In this document: piece after piece, positions 1-12,489 of the stretch
Numbering within the stretch: the stretch's first letter is position 1
Layout of the letters: each line of letters begins with the position of its first letter
From: Pristiophorus japonicus
Lineage: Eukaryota
Assembly (NCBI RefSeq): GCF_044704955.1
Contig: NW_027252668.1
Location: 5,146,001 to 5,210,000 of the forward strand
Direction: 5' to 3'
DNA: 64,000 nt
Position numbers and translations under genes: made by a program
Notes under the pieces: generated by a model
Seen by the model: the letters and a program-made list of their open reading frames with translations, nothing else
What the model was told of the DNA's origin: nothing
Database searches by the model: none

Positions 1-79
1 CTGTAAGAAATGGGAGAAGGCCATAAGGCCCCTCGAGCCTGCTCCACAATTCAATAGGATCATGGTTGAACAGCCAAAA

Positions 80-205
80 ATCCACGCGGTGCTCCTGACA
101 AAGAAATCCAATGCTGGGCCCAGCAAGAGCAAGTAAAATGGACAAGATTTAATCTAATACCACGTTGGTTCTTTTCAGAGACACGCACTCTATCTGTGAA
201 AGGGC
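80..205 (+). pseudogene. Histone H2A 3'-end fragment with decayed stem-loop
   Basis: 80-136 reads IHAVLLTKKSNAGPSKSK* (H2A C-terminus). It is followed by GGTTCTTTTCAGAGAC (167-182) and TGTGAAAGGGCTG, as in the H2A 3' ends at 2657 and 44168. The 5' part is replaced by a minus-strand CR1 tail (1-70). Confidence 0.8.
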
Positions 206-247
206 TGGTTACTGTCTGAAGAAACTGATCTATTGATCACAATCTTA

Positions 248-630
248 TCAGCTGTGCTTCAGGTGGTAGTACCCTTGCTTCTGAGTCAGAAGGTTGTCGG
301 TTCAAATCCCACTCCAGGGACTTGAGCACAAAAATCTAGGCTGACATACCAGTGCAGTGATGAGGGAGTGCTGCACTGTTGGAGGTGCCATCGATAGGAA
401 GAGACGTTAAACCGAGGTCCGTCGTTCTCTCAGGTGGATGTAATAGATCCCACGGCTACTATTTTGAAGAAGAGCAGGTCAATTATGCCCGGTGTCCTGG
501 CCAATACTTAGCCCTCGATCAACACAACACAATGGATTATCTGGTCATTACACATTGTTGTTTGTGGGAGCTTGTTGTGCGCGAAATGTCTGCCGCCGTT
601 CCTACATTACTATATAATAAATCCAGGTCA
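248..630 (+). mobile_element. tRNA-derived SINE, DeuSINE/SacSINE1-like, with part of the 3' tail deleted
   Basis: tRNA-like head with B box GGTTCAAATCC, then GAGACGTTAAACCGAGG...CCCGGTGTCCTGGCCAA resembling the Deu domain. Paralog at 41407-41870. Family assignment is by recognition, not by a database search. Confidence 0.7.
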
Positions 631-934
631 CTATTTCTCTACTTGATATTAAATCCCGACGGTTGATAAACTGGGAGTTTCCTGACCAGAAGTCACCCTC
701 AGTCAATCTCGGTTATAAACCGGTCAATGTCTGTTAAACATGTAAAAATCCAGATCGATAAACAGAGCAGTGAGTTTGCTGTTCAGATTATTGAATATAT
801 ACTAAAAGATTTATGACCCTTCCTCATAAGATTTTTGCCTGATAGCAAAACAGAAACACATAAAGAACAGAGTATAAATCAGGAGGTGTTGCAACACATG
901 ACCTCATTCAAGAATTTGAGATTGTGGCGAGCAC

Positions 935-1075
935 AAATTTGATTGGTCTCTTTAAACATCCAATCAGAGAGATACAGAACAATGGATATTGACAAGCCAA
1001 TCACAACCATTGCCTTCGCCCATCCCTCATTAGCATAGGGCTGTGGGCGGAGTGTGGGGCTGCCGATATAATGCG
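935..1075 (+). promoter_or_regulatory. H2B promoter (CCAAT boxes, octamer-like H2B box, TATA-like)
   Basis: GATTGG near 941, CCAATC near 960 and 997, CTCATTAGCATA 1026-1037 (variant of the H2B octamer ATTTGCAT), GATATAA near 1065. Confidence 0.65.
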
Positions 1076-1122
1076 GGCTCGGAGCAAAGTTTCCCCAAAT
1101 CTGCGCCCGACTGAACGAGACG

Positions 1123-1500
1123 ATGGCTGACGAAAAGAAAACAGGTCCCGCCAAGAAAGGCGCCAAGAAAGTAATCAAGAAAACCCCAGCGAAGAGCGGC
1201 AAGAGGCGCAGAAAGTCGAGGAAGGAGAGTTACGCCATCTACATCTACAAAGTGATGAAGCAGGTTCACCCCGACACCGGCATCTCCTCCAAGGCCATGG
1301 GCATCATGAACTCGTTTGTGAGCGATATTTTCGAGCGCATCGCGGGTGAGGCTTCCCGCCTGGCCCATTACAACAAGCGCCGCACCATCAGTTCCCGGGA
1401 GATCCAGACCGCCGTGCGCCTGCTGCTGCCCGGGGAGCTGGCCAAGCACGCCGTGTCCGAAGGGACAAAGGCGGTGACCAAGTACACCAGCTCCAAGTGA
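1123..1500 (+). CDS. H2B: Histone H2B, replication-dependent
   Basis: Intact intronless 125-aa ORF with [26 protein letters not shown]...[25 protein letters not shown]; stem-loop downstream. Confidence 0.98.
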   Translation: MADEKKTGPAKKGAKKVIKKTPAKSGKRRRKSRKESYAIYIYKVMKQVHPDTGISSKAMGIMNSFVSDIFERIAGEASRLAHYNKRRTISSREIQTAVRLLLPGELAKHAVSEGTKAVTKYTSSK

Positions 1501-1540
1501 GACTGCCCGCTGTCCTGAGAGATCAAACCCCAAACACAAC

Positions 1541-1582
1541 GGCTCTTTTAAGAGCCACCCACAACCTCTCTGAAAGAGCTGC
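1541..1582 (+). terminator. Histone 3' stem-loop plus U7 downstream element (H2B)
   Basis: GGCTCTTTTAAGAGCC 1541-1556, then ACCCA, then GAAAGAGCTG 1572-1581. Confidence 0.95.
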
Positions 1583-2435
1583 ACTCTGTTTCCTGTAATT
1601 ATTTCCTGAACAAGTATATTTGAGAACTTTTACACTTCCAGTTGTAGATTTAGTTTTGAATTCTCAGATATCAGTTTCACTGTCCGGTTCCACCTTAGCG
1701 TCGCTGGAATTTTCCGCCAACTACAAACACGGTCCCTGGTCGCTGTTTCCCTTTGCTCTCAGACACGCTCATTTTCACCGCCTACCGAATTAAGAGCTTG
1801 TTTAGGGACTGAGACTCAGATTTCAGTCACACATTCTCTCTCGCAAGCCCTTTTCAAGTTTATTTTTCAATTCCTGTTGCGGGTCAGTCCGTTTATTAAC
1901 CCGAGACTCCCCGCAGTGTAACAACCCAAATGGGAGTTCTTACAGAGACCAGAACCGGGGCAGTTTGAACACTCTGTCCCTCTTCTCTTTTCACAGAAGG
2001 ACTCCCAGTTCTGGGCTCACTCCCCCCGCCTTTGCACGATCGGTAATCTGTGAAATCCAACTTTTACAAAGATTGAGTTGGAATGTGTCCCGTTACAGAA
2101 TCGGTGTGGATTGATTCCCGCCCATTAGACAGTTTGAAATAGTACCCGAATTTAATCCTGATTGTAACAGCCTGGAACTTGCAAGGGGAAGATGTAAAAG
2201 ACAAAATTAATTAAAACGTGTTGGAAAATCTTTGACGAATGGTGAATTTATATTAACATAATCCGCTATTTTAAAATTTCTTGGCGGGGTTTTTGAATTA
2301 AAAATCGTTATTCTGACTGTTGGAGACAGTAATTTCCGCCCTACTTTCATTGGTGGGATAAACAGACTGTGATTGGTCACCTGGAAAGACCAATGAAATT
2401 CACCACCGAGCGACCAATCACAAATTCGCTCCTTG

Positions 2436-2672
2436 CATTCCTCCAAATCCTGGAGCTGGCCGGCAAGAACAAGAAGACCCGCATCACCCCCAGTTGGCCA
2501 AACCGCAACGACGAGGAGCTCAACAAACTGCTGGGAAAGGTGACCTTCGCTCAGGGTGGGGTGCTGCCTAATATCCAGGCTGTGCTGCTGCCCAAGAAAA
2601 CCGCCAGTGCGTCCAAGGGCAAGTAAAGCGGACATGATTTAATGTAATAACCCAAAGGCTCTTTTCAGAGCC
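2436..2672 (+). pseudogene. H2A: Histone H2A pseudogene (5' half deleted)
   Basis: Relative to the paralog at 43753, about 250 bp including the ATG is deleted, plus two smaller internal deletions. Retains ILELAG...[39 protein letters not shown] and stem-loop 2657-2672. Confidence 0.92.
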
Positions 2673-2979
2673 ACCCACAGTATCTATGAAAGGGCTGCTT
2701 TCTGTTCTGTGGATAACAATAGTCCCAGATTTAATTTAATATACTTCACTATAATTAAGCTTGAAATTTGCTGATCAGAAATGAGCCTCAGATGTTTTTA
2801 GTTATAAGGTTAACCATCTAGAAGTGTGGATTTTCAAACTGCCGCAGAAGTCCGATGGCCGTGTAAGGCACTAGAAACATCAAAGTGTTTCTTTCCATTA
2901 ATTAAATAGCTGAAATAACTTCCCAACCAAACTGTCCACACTGCCATCCCCAGGTCACTGCTCTCTGTGAGGCGGTGGG

Positions 2980-3818
<839 letters not shown>

Positions 3819-3820
3819 TT

Positions 3821-3838
3821 TGGTGTCAGAAGTGGGAT
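3821..3838 (+). promoter_or_regulatory. Primer binding site, tRNA-Leu
   Basis: TGGTGTCAGAAGTGGGAT is complementary to the 3' 18 nt of vertebrate tRNA-Leu (…ATCCCACTTCTGACACCA). Confidence 0.88.
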
Positions 3839-5407
3839 CTCAACGGACGACTGCCGAAAACTTGCGAATTAAGAGCCAGACTAGAGGGGAAAGTGGCCAC
3901 TGGAGTGAGTATGATTTCAATACTGCTCCAGTTTCCCCGGTTTCAAAAGTCTGAGGAAAGTTTAGCCACTCGCTGGTTCTCAGGTAGTGTCTGAACGAGA
4001 TCCAGGACAATCTGGTGAATACCTTTCAAACTTAGAATAGGGATAGAGATAGGGAAATTGCGCGGTGACGCAAACCAAGCGACGACTTGGAAAGATAGGT
4101 TAGAATAGGTAAGTCTGCCTGGGTTCGAGGCCCAGAGCCTGCCCGAGTTCGAGGCCCAGTGTCTGTGTGGGTTCGAGGCCCAAGTCGATCCGTGCGGCGA
4201 CACGGAAAGTAGGGATAGTTAGAGCTAGATAGGGATAGATGATCAATCATGGATCCAAAAATTAATAGAAAAGAAAAGAGACTCTTGTGAACGTTTGTTT
4301 TAAATGAGAAATGCTTATGTGATTTTTACTGTGTAAAAAAAAAGCCGGGGGGTTGTGGTTTGTTTTAGCTCCACCTACTTTTTCAAACAGAATGAAAGTT
4401 TTTTTTAACCCTGCGCACTGTTGTCCTGTATATGGGAAGTTTAAGAGTGTGAACCTTATTGAATACATGATCCCAGTTTTAAAAAAGGATTTGACATGCT
4501 CTCTTACTTGTTGAAAGAAAACATTCAGAGAAGGCACAGCAAAACAACTGAGATGGATTCAAAAAAAATATTATATTAAATAACACGACCTTGAGGCTGG
4601 AACAATTGAGATAACGAAAAGCAGTCCACAGACTTCCCTCTAGTTATGGAAAAGACAAAAAAAAGTAGTAACGTACTAAATATTTGCTGAAAGAAAAAAA
4701 AAATGTTCTGAGATTTTAAATTATGAGAAAAGTTCCATTGCAGTCTGAAAAAAAAATGCATCACTCTTATCGAGTTGGCAGAAAAACTCCATTAAATTAG
4801 GGCTTTCATTGACAGAAGGAGGACATATTAAAAACCGTCGACGTCTTAAAGAGTGCACGCACGAGAAATGTACTCAGAGTTCCACTGGGACCTCTGAGAA
4901 GTTAAAATGGTTGGCTTTGCATTGACCAAGGCTGATGACGAAATTGAATTTCAGTAAACAAATAGCTGTTAAAAATGTGTGGTCTCGTTTTAAATCAATT
5001 AAAAAATATCTCTTTGGCAAGTACTTGAATTGGAGTTTTATCAAATGCTGCCTTTCCTGATGAAAATGCTTTTTTTTTCAGATGGTTACGTGAAGTCACG
5101 TAATGACATCAGGTCATCTTACAAACCTGTAAAGGAGTTAACCCTTTCCATTGACAGCCGTTTCATACTGAACATTATCAATTTGGATTTCTTAATAGAA
5201 AAAAGACTCACCTAACAGAGGAATGCTGCGATAGTCAGAATAAAAATAAAAACAGAACTAGCTTATGTAATAATACTTGCCTGATATAATAAAGAAAGAT
5301 ACTCAAACAAAACAAATTGAAGAGTTAAAAGGCTAAGATAAATAAGCTGAAAGGGATCCACAAACCCAACTTAACCCTGACCTCCAATTTCACGGAGTGA
5401 CCTCGAC

Positions 5408-5987
5408 ATGCATGGATATAATGCAGAATCAAGGGACCTGTGGGCGCTTGTAAAGCAAACCCTGAGCCCAACTGAGCATGCCCGATTTCTAACTCACCTA
5501 GGACGTGCTACTCATGATGCATTGGTGGTTGCTCACCCTAACGATGTCCAAGATCGCCTAAACGCTATCTTTAATGCTCTCACCACGACCCTTCAAAAGC
5601 CCATCAGTATGGAGCCGCCTCGGGTGGAAAGACCAAAACCTGACCCAAGGTGATACCAGATGGAACTGCAGTATTGCGTGCAGGGTTGGGTGGATAAACA
5701 GGGATACGGTTATATCAAACACCCAAATGGCCCGGGCCCTGCTAATTACGGACCGCCCAACTGTCCCCAGCCTGGTATGGGAAGAGGTCGGGGCTGGGAA
5801 AGATGAGATGGATGCTTTATTTGTGGGCAAGAAGGACATTGGAATAGAAATTGTCCCTCCCGTCAGCACGAAAAAGGAAGAGGAGGGGGGCAAGGGGGGG
5901 GAAGAGGACGGGGATCTTATACTAACTTCTCCCAGAACAACCCCTTTGGCCAACCATTCCCCGATTCATATTGACTACGCAGCTTGA
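5408..5987 (+). pseudogene. gag: ERV gag remnant (capsid C-terminus/nucleocapsid)
   Basis: CX2CX4HX4C motif at 5813-5854 in a broken frame, located just before protease. Confidence 0.75.
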
Positions 5988-5999
5988 TTGTGCAGGGAC

Positions 6000-7445
6000 C
6001 CTCCCCGGATGACGAACCGATGATATTGTTAAATTCGGAATGAGTGGCAACCCTTCTTGATAGATACAGGAGCCTTCATGTCTTCTGTACAATCAAAGCT
6101 TAAACTCCCTGCCTTCACTGAAACACAGGGACTGTCAGGATTCCTGGGACAAGTCTCTACATTCCCGGTGTCAGAACCGGTTAAAATGGGTTAGCAGGAA
6201 GAATCGGTGGAACATCGATTTATCACAACCAATCTGGACTGTAACTTGATGGCTAGAGACCTCCACTGCAAATTCCAGTTGCATTTGGAGTGTGGAGATG
6301 ATGGGATTATTGTAAAACAGGGAACCCTTAAGCGGCAGTATTATACCACTAGAACCCCTCAGTGGTGGTCTCTGGACCTGCCGCAGGCACCCTATCACGT
6401 GACCCTAGCATACGATCCCAGTGGAAAGAATCAGGACCTGCAGAACTTTTATCAGGATCACGAAGGGGAAGTGAAGGAAATTCAATCAAGGGCTAGAGTG
6501 ACTGGACCGGAAGGGAAGGCAGATTTTGTGGAAATGGACAGCCCCCAACGGTGGCACCACATATTACTCGAAGTATTACCTCCCCACCACGCTAAAGATT
6601 TAGAAGTTATGGTGCGCCAGGCTATAGACGAGGCTGACCCTACCAGCCGGGATGTGCAAATTGTAAAACATGGCCGAACAGTCCAATTCCACGGGGACCC
6701 CGAGAAGGTCTTAACGACTCTGCAGCATCATACTGGCTCTGGCATACCTGACTATGTGGATCCTCATGTGTGGGCAGAGGACCCCTCCCAAGTCGGTTAT
6801 ACTCCCATTGATCCGATTGAGATCCTAGTGCAGGGCAATGTGGACTGGCCCCTCTATCCGACAGAACCCACTGAAATCACAGGCAATCCTAAACTGACCT
6901 TTCGGCACTGGACTGCAATTAATCCTGCAGTTTTCTTACTGAGCCACCCCAAGATGAGGAAGAACCCAGTCATGATTGTTTATCTTTAATTTAAGAGGCC
7001 ACATCAGTCAGGGAAGATTTTGTTGATGTACCAATTGAAGATCCAGACTGTATTATGTATGTTGACGGAAGATCTTCTTTTAATCCAGAAGGTACACGAA
7101 TCTCAGGATACGCCATAGTAAACCAGGAGAATCAGGTCTTGGAATCTGCCGCTTTTGAAACCGCCTATTCTGCCCAACAAGCTGAACTATTCACCCTCAC
7201 CCAAGCCTGTATCTTGGCCAAAGACCTCAAAGTCAATATCTATACCGACTCTAGGTATGCCTTTGGGGTGGCCCATGATCTGATTTGTTGCAAGCCCTCA
7301 TGCTCCCCAAGCACATTGCTGTTGTTAAATGTACCGCCCACACCACCGGAAAATCCCCGGTTGATATAGGGAACCACTGTGCTGACAAAGAGCTAAACAG
7401 GCCTCTCGTGACCAACAGATGGTAGTGCCCAAAATGATGAGTCAG
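6000..7445 (+). pseudogene. pol: ERV pro-pol remnant (protease, putative 2H phosphoesterase, RT N-terminus, connection, RNase H)
   Basis: DTGA protease with in-frame TAG at 6192. ORF 6207-6989 has YHVTLAYD and HHILLEV..HAKDL, then VWAEDPSQVG..P (RT N-terminus) joined to AINPAVFL (connection). RNase H ORF 7055-7369. Confidence 0.85.
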
Positions 7446-7780
7446 ACTGTACAATCAAAGCTTAAACTCCCCACCTTCACTGAAACACAGGGACTGTCAG
7501 GATTCCTGGGACAAGTCTCTACATTCCCGGTGTCAGAACCGGTTAAAATGGGTTACCAGGAAGAATCGGTGGAACATCTCCCACTTATAGTTAGCGCCCC
7601 ACATTGGGCGGGTGCAGTCGGTATACTGGGCATCTGACTCGCATTGATACCTGGATCAAAGCCAGATAATCACCGCCTGACTACATAAAGCCCCAGTTGT
7701 AGTAACACAAGACGAGCACGGAGTGTACACAGGACAGTTTGCGTGGAGCCGGTCGCAGCTCTTTCCTTTGCTGATTTGGT

Positions 7781-7796
7781 GGCTCTGAAAAGAGCC
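7781..7796 (-). terminator. Histone 3' stem-loop (H3)
   Basis: Reverse complement GGCTCTTTTCAGAGCC, with GAAAGAGCTG downstream on the minus strand. Confidence 0.95.
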
Positions 7797-7841
7797 GTTG
7801 TTGCACTTGGTGCGAAAGCTTGGAGCCCGGGAAGGGGGTGT

Positions 7842-8345
<504 letters not shown>

Positions 8346-9010
8346 TCATAACCCGACCGCCAATCATGTTTCAACCAATCACCGAGAGCGAAAGGGAAGG
8401 GCGGGGATTACTGGGCCATGATTGACTGAAATGAAACTGACAGTTCCTCAATTTCAAACAGCCCGCCAATTTCAGAGTCTCAACGAACAGAGATTAAAGA
8501 AACTCTAATTTCCCGCCAGCAATTTAAGAATTCGGCTCTTTACAACCTCGATGGTGTCCCATTATAAATCACCAATCCCATTCTCTTTAACATTCCGGTT
8601 TTAATTCTGTCCCATTCCCTGATGGGTCTGTAGCGGGCGGGAATAATTCCCCGGTCACTGCATCCTGTAAACACAAAGTCCGCATCCATCCCGCCAGTGC
8701 CGTCCCGTTTCACCGATTCTCACACAAAGCTCACAACATGACAGGATTATCTGTGAGGGGAGACTGTGTATCCCCGCCCGCTGATTGTGACCGGGGCACC
8801 CGGAGTTTCCGATGTCATATTAAACTATTGTTCTAAAATATTTAATAATTCCCATCTTCCAAAAGCGACTACACTGCAAAAGTACTTTATTGGCTTTGAG
8901 AAGTTCGATGGCCGTGTAAGGCGCTACATAACTCGGCGTGTTACTTTCCATTAAATAAATAACTAAAATAATTTCCCACCCAATTTGTCCACACTACGAT
9001 CCCCAGGTCA

Positions 9011-9403
<393 letters not shown>

Positions 9404-10060
9404 TCACTTAAACTGTCGCTGAATGAGGAACCAACTCCTCCTGGCACCTTTTTTATAGAGCCGGCCCCGACTTGACTGAGAAAGCCCAGAGTGACAGAGG
9501 CGGGAAGGGGAGGAGACAGAGTGAGAGGTTAAACAGAGAGCGCGGCAGGGAAGGAGGCAGAATCAAGATTGAGAGACAGAGGAGAGCGCGGCCTCTGATC
9601 TTCCAGCTCCACCTCCAGCTTTCTGCAACCGTCAATTTCAAATTGTTTTCTCCACAATACAACCGATACACAGCGCTCCGCACAAACCCTTACAGACTCG
9701 GAATTCATATTCAAGGCTTTCAGGGACCAGAAGCTTTTAAATAAGGTCCTGGTACAATTAACAATCAGGAATATTCCCGCCTATATAGTCCGTTCCCTGT
9801 CAATCTCAGACCTTATTCCATCTCCTCTCACAGACCGGTTCAGCACTTTACAAACACCTTATTCCAGCTGATTTGGAGAATCTGGAGTTTGGGGTTTGAG
9901 TTGTGAGGCGAGATATCGCCGCCAGTCCCATCGTCTCACAGAGACTCTTCCCCCTGAATCTGTGAAATGACAATGACCAGGAACTGAGACTGGAGCCGGA
10001 CTCAAACCCGTTACAGTGAGGCCCGGGCCGGACATCCCATTCTCTGTGTTTTATTGTAGG

Positions 10061-10160
10061 CACTGGGGGAAGGGGTGTGTGCAGACACTGGGGGAGGGGT
10101 GTGTGCAGACACTGGGGGAGGGGTGGGTGCAGACACTGGGGGAGGGGCGGGTGCAGACAA
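10061..10160. repeat. G-rich ~24-bp tandem repeat x4 downstream of H1
   Basis: CACTGGGGGAGGGGTGTGTGCAGA units; paralog at about 46700-46830. Confidence 0.8.
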
Positions 10161-10275
10161 TGCCAACGAGTCACTAGGAATCCCGGGGTCATTTTCAATG
10201 ATTTCTATCTGGAATCTGAGCTCGGGACAGGGATTATTTGATTCCGGGATCAGCTCTTTTCTGAGAGGCGTGGGT

Positions 10276-10964
10276 GGCTCTGAAAAGAGCCTTTGGGTTG
10301 AAATATTTAGAAGTTGCCTTTTTTGGGGGGGCACTGCTTTCTTGGCCTTTGCTGATTTGGACGTGGCCTTGACCCTCGGGTTCTCCACCTTTTTGGCCGC
10401 CTTAACTTTCTTGAGGCTCTTGGGCTTCTTCGCCGCCGCCTTCTTCCCAGCCGGCCCTTTCGCTGTCTTTTTTGCCGTTAGCGCCTTCTTGGTGCTCGTT
10501 TTCTTGGCTACTGCTTTCTTTGCTGGAGATTTCTTGGCTGTTGCTTTCTTTACTGGAGATTTCTTGGCTGCTGCTTTCTTTACTGGAGATTTCTTGGCTT
10601 CTGGCTTCTTCACCTTCTTTCCCACTTTCCCCTGGGGATCTGTATTAGCGATTTTGAAGGAGCCCGAGGCGCCCGTGCCCTTGATCTGCTTCAGGGAACC
10701 ATTCATCACATTCTTCTTGATACTGGACCTGATCTGGAAGCCGCGCTTTTTCACATCGACGCCTTTGGCCGCCAGAGCCTTCTTTATCGCGGCCAGGGAC
10801 ATTCCCCTGCGATCCTTGCCATCGGCCACAACCTTGAGGATCTGGTCGCCCAACCTGGTACCGGCTGGCCCGGAGCGGGGAGCCGCCTTCTTCTTCTTGC
10901 TGGGAGCCTTGGTTTGAGCGACGGCGGCAGGAGGAGCCGTTTCGGCGGCTGCAGTATCAGCCAT
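10276..10964 (-). CDS. H1: Histone H1, stop codon lost (possible pseudogene or homopolymer error)
   Basis: Globular domain [11 protein letters not shown]...[10 protein letters not shown] and K/A-rich tail with KKSPxK repeats. The TAA present in the paralog (46993) is missing at about 10320; stem-loop 10276-10291; H1 box AAACACA at about 11094-11100 (minus). Confidence 0.85.
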
Positions 10965-12489
10965 GTCCGCGACTCTGGAAAATCTCTCTGACAGTCACAG
11001 CTGGGTCAGAAATGAAACGAGGCGGCGACACAGAGCAACTTAAAGGCAGCGAGCGGACGGGGTGGAGACATCCTGCTGTCAGCTCCCGGCCCCTGTGTTT
11101 CTCTCTCCTCACTAACTCTCCGATTCCAATTCAACTCGGGCCCTCCACATTCCCAGACTAGCCTCTTTCTGTCCCGAAGACCGGGATGTTTGCTGCCGAG
11201 AAAGTTCCATCCGAATTGAAGGCAGCAATTTCGATTTAAACCCGTTTCATTGCTGCACTGGTCGCGCTCTCTCAGCCGATCGCGGATATTTTCTCTGTTT
11301 TTTGACTGAAATTTGAAATCAAATCAAACTTTCTGATTCATTCCCACTTCAGGCCTGAGCAGGGCAGCAGGGCGATCCTGTGACAGGGAAATCTTTGAAT
11401 TTTAAACAAGAGGGACTCTGAAATCCGGCGATGAGAGCGGACACACAAACACAGTGACATTAGTCTAACCCGCCCGCCCCTTTAACACACTCTCGCTCAC
11501 ACAATGTTGAAATCTGCACATTCACAGCACAAACTGTTCCCAGATTTACAGTTCCCAGCACAGGTTTTCCTCTCCGCTCGGCTGTGCTGCAGATTCTCGG
11601 GTCAGTTGTAGTTTCCCACTCAGTAAGCCGGCGCTCCTCACAGTGTTCCCAGATTCAGGGGCAGGAGCCAATCACAGCTGTGGCTGGCTTAACCCATATC
11701 TGCTTTTAAGTTGTTATTGTTCTAATGCAGAAATATGTTTGACTAACATGAAAATACAAATTATGAGCTCACCGCCCCTGCAGCCTCTCTTTGTCTCTCT
11801 CTCCTCAGAAAATGAGGGACATATAACAGTAACTGGTGCCCTATCCATCCCATACTCAACACCCAGAGATGGCTGTCAGAGAGAGCGACAGAGAGACAGA
11901 CACAGTATCAATCTTAAACTACCGAACTGTGTCTCCATATTACTCTCAATAATATTATCACACATTAATGTACAGCACCAGCGGAAAAGACACAGAGACA
12001 GATACAGTATCAGTTTTACACTTTGTATCAGTGTCTCCATAATACGCTCAGTAACAGTGCCACACCTTCACGTATTGCGCCAGAGAGAACAGAGACATTA
12101 TCAGTCTTGCACTTCCAACAGTGTTTCCACATCACACTAAATAACAGTATCCCGCCTTCACAAAAAGTACAAGAGAGAGGGATAGCAACAGAGAGGCAGA
12201 GAGAGGGGAGAGGGCTGAGCGAGAGACAGAAGAGTGCGAGGTAGGGCGGTGAGACACAGAAGGCATGCACAGTATCAGTTCCAGACTGACCTGTGAAGTC
12301 CCGTTTTATTCTGAAAGTTCCCATTGGAGAGACAGAAGATGCAGTCTCCTCTCTCACTGATATTGTACCAGAGACAGACACATTATTAATCCCACACTGC
12401 GGGACAGTGTCAGAGAGTGAGAGAAACAATGTCCCACATTTATCACTCGCTTGCCTGTTGAACTATCTGCAATCGTGCAGCCCAGGGCC

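Noticed and set aside
248-325. tRNA-like sequence with a CTG anticodon-like loop (also 41407-41480)
   Set aside because: It is the head of the SINE, continuous with the SINE core and tail, without a proper acceptor stem
8860-8945. Sequence conserved downstream of the H4 genes (also about 2845-2895 and 44355-44405) as a possible regulatory element
   Set aside because: It matches the 3' tail of the SINE (compare 41775-41850), so it is a shared old insertion remnant
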